This document shows, one piece after another, positions 28,795 through 36,079 of a stretch of 64,000 nt of DNA (position 1 is its first letter; every line of letters starts with the position of its first letter). The notes under the pieces were generated by a model that saw nothing but the letters and a program-made list of their open reading frames with translations, was not told the origin of the DNA and searched no databases. The DNA lies in NCBI GenBank assembly GCA_040389925.1, contig JAZJZJ010000110.1, forward strand, positions 24,504-88,503. The letters run 5' to 3'. The translations under genes were made by a program, and so were the position numbers. Origin of the DNA: Pseudomonadota bacterium (GTDB taxonomy: Bacteria > Pseudomonadota > Gammaproteobacteria > Burkholderiales > Burkholderiaceae_C).

Positions 28795-29667
28795 ATGAAC
28801 TCGCTCAATGAACCCGATCCCGGCACGACCCACCCCACGCCACCGAACAGCGCCAAGGTGCACGTCGTGAAGCCGGCAGCAGCGCCCGGTGGTGACGCCG
28901 ACATGCGCCCCGAGCCGCTGCGCATCGAATACACCAGGACCCAGGTCATGGCGGACGCGCTGGTGCGCTTGCAGCGCAGCCACGGCGTGGTCAGGTCGGA
29001 CCGGTCGGCACTGGCCGAATCGTTCAAGATGCTGCGCAACCAGGTGCTGCAGCGCATGCGCGCCGATGGCCATCGGCTGCTGGCGGTGACCAGCCCGCGC
29101 CGCATCGAGGGCAAGTCGCTGACCGCGGTCAACCTGGCGCTGGCGATGGCGGCCGACTTCGACACCGCCGTGCTGCTGGTCGATGCCGACCTGAGCGGCC
29201 AGGGCCTGCAATCGATGTTCGGCCTCGATGGCGCGCGCGGGCTCGGCGACCACCTGATGCACGGCGCGCCGATTGCCGAGTTGCTGGTCAACCCGGGTGT
29301 GCCACGCTTTGTGCTGCTGCCAGCCGGACAGCAGGCGGTGTTGAATTCGGTCGAGCTGCTGGCGACGAAGGCCGCACAGCAGTCGGTGCTCGAAATGACA
29401 CAGCGCTATCAGGATCGCTACATCATCGTCGACCTGCCGCCGCTGCTGGATACCGCCGATGCGCTGGCGTTCCTGCCGCAGGTCGAGACCACCTTGGTGG
29501 TCGTCGAGGAACACGCGACATCGCTCCAGGATCTGGAAGACATGGCCGAGCTGCTGGCCCCGTTCAACCTGCTGGGCACGGTGATGAGCAAGGCCCGCGA
29601 AGCCGAGCCGGCGGCGCATGCGAATCAGCGGCCCTGGTACCGACGCTGGCTCCCGCGCAAGGCCTGA
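28795..29667 (+). CDS. CpsD/CapB-like BY-kinase ATPase domain
   Basis: AESFKMLRNQV; Walker A TSPRRIEGKS; LLVDADL; Walker B IIVDLPP. Confidence 0.9.
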   Translation: MNSLNEPDPGTTHPTPPNSAKVHVVKPAAAPGGDADMRPEPLRIEYTRTQVMADALVRLQRSHGVVRSDRSALAESFKMLRNQVLQRMRADGHRLLAVTSPRRIEGKSLTAVNLALAMAADFDTAVLLVDADLSGQGLQSMFGLDGARGLGDHLMHGAPIAELLVNPGVPRFVLLPAGQQAVLNSVELLATKAAQQSVLEMTQRYQDRYIIVDLPPLLDTADALAFLPQVETTLVVVEEHATSLQDLEDMAELLAPFNLLGTVMSKAREAEPAAHANQRPWYRRWLPRKA

Positions 29668-29838
29668 ACGCGCAAGCTCGCGAGCGGCCGAACGGGCCGG
29701 TCCGTTCGGGCTGATTCGCGCGCGCGGCGTGGCCGGCCTGCTGTCATCCGGGTGGCCGACACTCCGAATTCTTTGCCATGCTGATCGTTTCGATTGCGCG
29801 CCACACGGGGTGTGCTGCGATGGCTAGGGAGACCGTTG

Positions 29839-30039
29839 ATGACCAGCGTCGAGGAATTTGCCTTCATCTCTACCCAGCTCGCGTGGCTGGAGGAGCACCT
29901 TCGCGGGCGGGCCCCGGGCGCGCAGAACCCGCGCATGGATGGCGCGCTGGATGCACTGGCTTGTGCGCGCACCGTCATCGTCGAACTGGCCCAGATCGGC
30001 GCCGATGTCGATCGGCCCCGGGCCGCGCCTGTGCCCTGA
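29839..30039 (+). CDS. Small hypothetical protein (66 aa)
   Basis: ATG preceded by AGGGAG; plausible helical sequence; no recognisable motif. Confidence 0.4.
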   Translation: MTSVEEFAFISTQLAWLEEHLRGRAPGAQNPRMDGALDALACARTVIVELAQIGADVDRPRAAPVP

Positions 30040-30261
30040 GGAGCGTGAAGACGATCCTGGTGCTGTCGACAGCCGCGTGGCTGTTCGTCGGCGGTCTGGT
30101 GGCGCCGGGCTCGCGGCGCGGCTCGCCGGCTCACGCCGCCTGAGTCTCGACGGAGCGGCCTGCGAACTGCTCCGAAATGATCATCGCGCTCGCCGATCCG
30201 CTCGGCAGCGCGTCACACGAGCGCGGCAAGATCGCTTGTGTCCGGTCAAGGGAGCGCAGGT

Positions 30262-30606
30262 TTGAAACGCAGCAGGTCATTCGTGTGGGCGGCGGCACTC
30301 GGCTGCGTTGCCGCGCTCGCCAGCGCGCCGTTGCACGCCGCCGATCCGGGCCTGAAGTTCGTCGAATCGGACCGCCCGGTCCTGCCGCCGTTTGCGCTCG
30401 GCGCTGGCGTGGAGACTTCGTTCGCCGCGCTCGCCGGGCCGGCCAGCGCGGCCCTCGATGTGGCGGGCGGCCCCCGAGCCGCGACCGCGTCTGTGGCCGA
30501 GCCGGTGTCGGCAACCAGCCCGGTGCCCGAGCTGCAGATATGGTCCGCGCTGGCGGCCGGGCTCGGCCTGATGGTCTTCGTCGCCAGACGCCGGCGGCTG
30601 GACTGA
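30262..30606 (+). CDS. Small PEP-CTERM protein (114 aa)
   Basis: TTG start after AAGGGAG, signal ending PLHA, and C-terminal SPVPELQIWSALAAGLGLMVFVA-RRRR. Confidence 0.82.
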   Translation: MKRSRSFVWAAALGCVAALASAPLHAADPGLKFVESDRPVLPPFALGAGVETSFAALAGPASAALDVAGGPRAATASVAEPVSATSPVPELQIWSALAAGLGLMVFVARRRRLD

Positions 30607-30616
30607 GCCGGAGAAA

Positions 30617-33013
30617 CTACCGCTGCGCCAGCAGCAAGCGCGCTTCATCCAAGTTGGGCAACTTGGCCTTGCTGTCCAGTGCCTTCCTGAGGAATTCCTG
30701 GGCTCTGGTCACGTCGCCCTTCTTGTGCAATGCCAAACCGAGGTGCAGCGCGAGCAGCGGCGCATCGGGTGAGCGCTGCACCGCGCGTTCGAGAATCGGC
30801 GCGGCCTCGGCGTACTGGCCGAGCTTGTAGTGCGCCCAGCCCAGGCTGTCCAGATGGCCCGGGTTGTTCGATTCCTTGAAGCCGCGGGTCAGCGTGAGCG
30901 CACGTTCGAGGCTCGCCTTGTCGCCCTTGGTCTCGATCAGCAAATAGGCCAGGTTGTTGGCGTAGCCATCGTCGTCGGGGGCACGCGCGAGCAGGGCTTG
31001 ATACAGCGCGATGGCTTCGTCGTTGCGCCCGGCACGCGCCAGCCATTGGGCGCGGGTGCCGGGAAGCGACAGGTCGGCGGGAATCGCCTTCTCGCCCTGC
31101 TCGAGCGCGGCGATCGCGGCGCCGAGGTTGCCGCGCAGTGCCAGCACGCGCCCCAGGCTCTGGTAGCCGGCGGCAACCGTGGGTGCGAATTCGATCATCT
31201 TGCGATACGCCTGTTCGGCCAGCGCCAGATCGGCGCGCGCCACCGCCACGTCACCGCGCAACTGGTACGGCAGCACGTTCTTCGGGTCGCGCTTGGCCAG
31301 CGCGTCGATCCGTGCGTTGGCTTCGTCGAAGCGGCGCTGTGCGATCAGGATGCCGATGCCCGACAGGATCGGCCCGGCAACGTCGGGCACCATCTGGCTC
31401 GCCGCGTCGTATTCCTTGAGCGCGGCGTCGTACTTCTTCTGGTCGGAGTAGAGCTGCCCGAGCTTCAGGGCGCCAGTGGGGTCCTTCGGGAACAGCGTTT
31501 TCAGCGACGCAAGGGTCTTCTCCGCGCCGGCGGAGTCCTTCTGTGCCAGCGCCAACTGGGCCTTGAGCTCGTAGGCGCGCAGGTTCTTCGGCGCCGCCTT
31601 GAGCGCGCTGTCGATCTCGGCGGAGGCCGCCTTGTAGTCCTTCGTGTCGGCCATGTCGGCGGCCAGCAGCAGGCGCAACTCGGCGTTGTCGGGCTTGAAC
31701 TTGACCGCATCGACGAGCACCTCGCGGGCGAGCTGGGGCTCGGCCGTCTGGCGATGCGCCTGCGCCAGCAGGCCAGCGACCTCGGGCGATCCGGGCTGGT
31801 CTTTGGCGGCGGCGCGCAGATCGATGATGGCGTTGCGCGCGTCGCCGTCGGCCAGCAGCATGCGGCCGCGCAACACCAGCGCCGTGGCGTCGCGCGGGCT
31901 CGCCGCCAGCACCTCGTTGATCAGCGTGCGGGCTTCGGCGACCTTGCCATTGGCCAGCCGGTCGGCGGCCAGCTGGCTGCGCGCGCTCAGGCCGCTCGGC
32001 GTGTCCTTGTCAATGGCGATGGTTTCCTGGAGCACACGGCGGGCGTCAGCCGTTCGCCCCGAAGCGCGGTACAGGTTGACCAATCCGAGACGCAGCCTCG
32101 CGTCCTTCGGTTTGGCGGCGATCGCGGCGAGGAACTCCTTCTCGGCGACGTCCCGGCCCCGGCGCGACGCCAGAAAATCGAGCAGCACCAGGGTGCGCGC
32201 GCTGTCGTCGGGCTGGGCGCGGATGGCGGCGCGCAGCACCGCTTCGGCCGGGTCGAGCTCGTTGCGGCGCGTGTGATGGATCGCCCACGCGCTCCAGAGA
32301 TCGGCGTTCTTGGGCGCCTGCTCGGTGGTCCGGCGGAAGTAGTCGACGGCCTTCGTTTGCAGTGCCGGATCGGTGCCGCTGGCGGCGATCTGGGCCGCCA
32401 CCTGCAACAAACTCAGGTTCTTCGGGTTGCTCTTCAACGCCGCCTCGATCACCGTCAGCGCGCCGTTCGCGTTGTCCTGCGCGGCGTACAGGCCGGCCAG
32501 CAGCATGCTGGTTTCGACCGGCGCCTCCTTTTGCCCGTCGATCACTGCCCTGGCCTGCGCGATCGCTCCTGCCACATCGCCTGCGCGCGCCGCCAACGCC
32601 GCCTTCATCGTGTGTGCGCCGACGTGGTTCGCATCCGCACCAAGCGCCTCGGCGACCGCCTTCTCCGACTTGCCGACATCACCGGCCATCATGTAGACGC
32701 GGGCCAGCCCGACCTTGGCGTCGACATGGCCAGGCTCGAGCTCCACGGCTTTCGAGAAGCTCCCGAACGCGCGCTGGAGCTCGCGCCGGTTCTCGGCGAT
32801 CTGGCCCGAGAGGAAGTAGGCCTGGGCATTTTTCGGGTCGATCTGGAGCACGTTGCGCACCTCGACATGGGCCTTGTCGAGGTCGGCAACGCGCAGGTAC
32901 GCGGCGCCCTTGTCCAGGCCCGACTGGACCCGGTCCGCCTTGCTGCTGCACGCGGCCAGCAGCACCAACGTGGCACAGAGCGCGAGGGCCCGGAGTGTTT
33001 GACGAAGCTTCAT
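30617..33013 (-). CDS. Exosortase-associated TPR lipoprotein (PrsT-like)
   Basis: Lipobox LLAAC, TPRs throughout, C-terminal ANNLAYLL..LDSLGWAHYKLG. Lies directly downstream of the exosortase gene. Confidence 0.88.
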   Translation of the reverse strand: MKLRQTLRALALCATLVLLAACSSKADRVQSGLDKGAAYLRVADLDKAHVEVRNVLQIDPKNAQAYFLSGQIAENRRELQRAFGSFSKAVELEPGHVDAKVGLARVYMMAGDVGKSEKAVAEALGADANHVGAHTMKAALAARAGDVAGAIAQARAVIDGQKEAPVETSMLLAGLYAAQDNANGALTVIEAALKSNPKNLSLLQVAAQIAASGTDPALQTKAVDYFRRTTEQAPKNADLWSAWAIHHTRRNELDPAEAVLRAAIRAQPDDSARTLVLLDFLASRRGRDVAEKEFLAAIAAKPKDARLRLGLVNLYRASGRTADARRVLQETIAIDKDTPSGLSARSQLAADRLANGKVAEARTLINEVLAASPRDATALVLRGRMLLADGDARNAIIDLRAAAKDQPGSPEVAGLLAQAHRQTAEPQLAREVLVDAVKFKPDNAELRLLLAADMADTKDYKAASAEIDSALKAAPKNLRAYELKAQLALAQKDSAGAEKTLASLKTLFPKDPTGALKLGQLYSDQKKYDAALKEYDAASQMVPDVAGPILSGIGILIAQRRFDEANARIDALAKRDPKNVLPYQLRGDVAVARADLALAEQAYRKMIEFAPTVAAGYQSLGRVLALRGNLGAAIAALEQGEKAIPADLSLPGTRAQWLARAGRNDEAIALYQALLARAPDDDGYANNLAYLLIETKGDKASLERALTLTRGFKESNNPGHLDSLGWAHYKLGQYAEAAPILERAVQRSPDAPLLALHLGLALHKKGDVTRAQEFLRKALDSKAKLPNLDEARLLLAQR

Positions 33014-33033
33014 GGTGAATTGCTCTTCAGGGG

Positions 33034-34644
33034 TCAGTCGGGCACATGGTCCGGCAGGCGCGGGGCGATGGTGCCCAGGAAGGCCGTCAGGCGGCGCTCG
33101 GCGCGCTCGACGCCTTCAGCCGGCAGGATCGGCGTGACCAGCCGCACCAGCGCGCCATCGGAACGGTCGCGGGCGATGCCGTCCCGAAGGATGAACCACT
33201 TGACCGCGACCTCGCTGGTCATCACCCGGCCGCGTTGCCGGAACCAGTAGTAGACGAGCTGACGCTGCTCGCCCTTCTGGATGATGGCCCGGTTGACGGT
33301 CATCGACGCTGCGGTGGCTGTGGTGGCCGGGTTCGGTGCGGACAGGGTCAGCGGCGCCTCGTCGAACTGGGTGATTTCCCAACCGCCGCCCGGAATGCAG
33401 GTGCGCGGCGAATGGGTCGATTGGCCACCGCTCTGGGTGGCGTAGTAGGCGGTATAGAAGTTGACCCACGGCTCGCCCGGCCGGGCGTAGTTCGCGATCA
33501 TGTAGTCGTCGAGCGCCAAGGTCGCGAGCACATCGCGTTCGAGGTGGTCGGCGCGGCCGGCCCAGCCGCCGGGCAGGCTCATCGGGAACTGCGCGAACGG
33601 CGTTCGCTGCGGCCGGATCTGCTCGCGTGCCGGAGCCCACGCGAGCGCTGCGCCAACGGCGGCGAACATCAGGCTGCCGACCAGCATCGGAGTCGAGAAG
33701 CGGCGCAAGCTGACGCGCGCCCCCTTGGCGATCGGCTCCGGGTATTCGAGACCAAAGGCGGTGCGCAATGATTCGGACCGACCACCGATGCGTGCGAGCA
33801 GGCTCATCTCGCCGATCAGCAAGACGATGCACAGCATGAACATGAACCAGCCCTCGAAGTCGTGCAGCAGGCCTTCGGCCATCGCGCTGCCCCAGTACTC
33901 AACCGTGATGCCGATCAGACCGATGCGCAGGCTGTTGATGCCGATGGTCAGCGGAATCGTCGACAGCACGATCAGCGCGCGCTTCCACCATGCACCCTTG
34001 AAGAAGTAGGCGGCCAGGAAGCCGAGCACCATCAGCGGGAACAGGTAGCGCAAGCCGCTGCAGGCCTCGACCACCTGCAGCTTGTAGCTGCCGAGGTCGA
34101 TCACGTTGCCTTCGAGAAAGACGCTGATGTCGAACAGGCGGATCAGGGCGACGCCGATCTCCGACGACACCAACTGCAGTTGCTCCGACAGCTCGCGCAG
34201 CAGAAACTGCGGCAACGGGATCATGAACAACAGGATCGCCAGCGGGACCGCGATGATCCGCGTGCCGCGCCAGCCGATCAGACACACCGACAAGCCGACC
34301 AGCGCGACGATGAAACCGTACTGGCTGAACAGCCGAATCGCGCTGAACTCGCCGATCGCACCCAGCGCCAGCGCGACCCCGACCAGCAGCAGGCCGGTGT
34401 ACGAACCCTGGAGCTCGAACTGGCGCAGCCGATCGCTCTTCTGCCAGATCAGGAAGGCCGAGACCACGGGAATGAAGTAGCCGTAGCTGTACTCCTCGAC
34501 CATCTCCCAGTTCGCCACCATGAAGCGCAGACCGGGGAGAAAGGCCGCGATCACCGCGACCCCGGCGAAGCCGATGGCGAGCCACTGCGTCGCCGCAATC
34601 TTCCACACGGGTGCGGGGTGCTGCGAGACCAATCCTGTTGACAT
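33034..34644 (-). CDS. xrtD: Exosortase D (VPLPA-CTERM type) fused to an EpsI domain
   Basis: Multi-TM protein with EEYSYG, EGNVIDLG, VVEACSGLRYLFPL (Cys), NSLRI (Arg) and LHDFEGW (His). The C-terminal EpsI part has HSPRTCIPGGGW, YYWFRQRGR and DGALVRL. Confidence 0.9.
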   Translation of the reverse strand: MSTGLVSQHPAPVWKIAATQWLAIGFAGVAVIAAFLPGLRFMVANWEMVEEYSYGYFIPVVSAFLIWQKSDRLRQFELQGSYTGLLLVGVALALGAIGEFSAIRLFSQYGFIVALVGLSVCLIGWRGTRIIAVPLAILLFMIPLPQFLLRELSEQLQLVSSEIGVALIRLFDISVFLEGNVIDLGSYKLQVVEACSGLRYLFPLMVLGFLAAYFFKGAWWKRALIVLSTIPLTIGINSLRIGLIGITVEYWGSAMAEGLLHDFEGWFMFMLCIVLLIGEMSLLARIGGRSESLRTAFGLEYPEPIAKGARVSLRRFSTPMLVGSLMFAAVGAALAWAPAREQIRPQRTPFAQFPMSLPGGWAGRADHLERDVLATLALDDYMIANYARPGEPWVNFYTAYYATQSGGQSTHSPRTCIPGGGWEITQFDEAPLTLSAPNPATTATAASMTVNRAIIQKGEQRQLVYYWFRQRGRVMTSEVAVKWFILRDGIARDRSDGALVRLVTPILPAEGVERAERRLTAFLGTIAPRLPDHVPD

Positions 34645-34706
34645 ACGGCGCTACGTTCGTGATCACATGCCACTGCGCATGCCGCCAAAAGCTTAGCGGT
34701 GCTTTG

Positions 34707-34753
34707 TGACATCGGCATGGCGCCGCCGCCGCCGGGGTCGCTTGCCGATGTCA
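34707..34753. repeat. Perfect 11-bp inverted repeat in a divergent intergenic region
   Basis: TGACATCGGCA (34707-34717) and TGCCGATGTCA (34743-34753), 25-nt spacer. Confidence 0.7.
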
Positions 34754-34852
34754 AGCCGCCGACACATTCCGCAACTAGTCTGCAAGCTCGACCAGCACCT
34801 TCTTCCAGGTGACTGCGTGCGTCTTTCAGCTTCGATCTCGCCCCCAGTTCCC

Positions 34853-35404
34853 ATGCCCTCAAACGCACCGGTCGCCGACCCCTACCTCATGCCGAGCACG
34901 CCGTTCGGCAACCGCGCCGCGCGCGCGCTTTGGGGCCTCACCCACTTGCTGCTGGTGCGTTTCTCGCCACGCCCGTGCCATGCGTGGCGCGCCATCGTGC
35001 TGCGCGGGTTCGGAGCCACGCTGGGCGCGCACTGCCACATCTACCCGGCCGCGCGCATCTGGGCGCCGTGGAACCTGGTCTGCGAAGACGCGGTGGGCAT
35101 CGCCGATGGCGCGGTGATCTACAACCCGCTGCCGATCCGGCTGGGTTCGCACAGCGTCGTCTCGCAGGACGCCTACCTGTGCGGCGCGACGCACGACATC
35201 GACGACGCGGCGTTTCCGATGCACAGCGCGCCCATCACGATCGGCCGCTACGCGTGGATTTGCGCGCGTGCCGTCGTGTGCGCGGGGATCAACGTGGGCG
35301 ATGGGGCCGTGCTCGGGCTGGCCGGCGTGGCGACCCGCGACCTCGAACCCTGGACCGTCTACGCCGGGGTGCCGGCGCGTGCGCTGCGCAAGCGGAGCCA
35401 TTGA
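34853..35404 (+). CDS. WcaF-like hexapeptide-repeat acetyltransferase
   Basis: LRGFGATLG..IWAPWNL, SQDAYLCGATHD, and VYAGVPA. Confidence 0.9.
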   Translation: MPSNAPVADPYLMPSTPFGNRAARALWGLTHLLLVRFSPRPCHAWRAIVLRGFGATLGAHCHIYPAARIWAPWNLVCEDAVGIADGAVIYNPLPIRLGSHSVVSQDAYLCGATHDIDDAAFPMHSAPITIGRYAWICARAVVCAGINVGDGAVLGLAGVATRDLEPWTVYAGVPARALRKRSH

Positions 35405-36060
35405 TGAGTCCGGACCGTCCGATGACCGACCAACTGCGCAACAACGCCGGAGGCGGCCCGCCGTGGCTGCACCATGGTCCGCGCGCCATCCACACCCACA
35501 TCACCCGCCCGGTCGTGCAGCAGCTCGCCAAGGCCGAAGCGCACCGCGTGCTCGACCTCGGCTGTGGCAACGGCTGGTTCACCGGCGCGCTCGACAGTTG
35601 CGGCTTCGAGGTGACCGGCGTCGATCACGACGAGGCGAGCGTGCGCTTCGCCCGGGAGCAGCACCCGGGCCTGCGATTCCGGCAGGTCGACGCGATGGGT
35701 CCGCTCGACCCGGGCCTGATGCGGCGCTTCGACGCAGTCGTCGCGATCGATGTGATCGACCACGTGCCGCTGCCGCGCCGGCTGGTCGAGGCTGCCCTGG
35801 CGATGCTGAAGCCGGGCGGCTTGCTGGTCATCACCTCGCCCTTTCACGGCTACTCGAAGAACCTCGCGCTGGCGCTGGCCGGTCGCTTCGATTCGCGCTG
35901 GGAATCGACGCTGGACCACGGCCGCATGAAGTTCTTTTCGCGCTCGACCCTGACCGCGTTGTTATCCGAATTCGAGCTGCGCGAGCTGCACTTCGAGGCG
36001 GTGGGCCGGATCCCGATCTTCGCGCGATCGATGCTGATATCAGCGCACGCGCCGGCGTGA
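35404..36060 (+). CDS. Class I SAM-dependent methyltransferase
   Basis: RVLDLGCGNG, LKPGGLLVITSPFHGYSKNLAL. The ATG overlaps the upstream stop (TGATG). Confidence 0.88.
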   Translation: MSPDRPMTDQLRNNAGGGPPWLHHGPRAIHTHITRPVVQQLAKAEAHRVLDLGCGNGWFTGALDSCGFEVTGVDHDEASVRFAREQHPGLRFRQVDAMGPLDPGLMRRFDAVVAIDVIDHVPLPRRLVEAALAMLKPGGLLVITSPFHGYSKNLALALAGRFDSRWESTLDHGRMKFFSRSTLTALLSEFELRELHFEAVGRIPIFARSMLISAHAPA

Positions 36061-36079
36061 GCTCGCCGAGCCACCGCGG

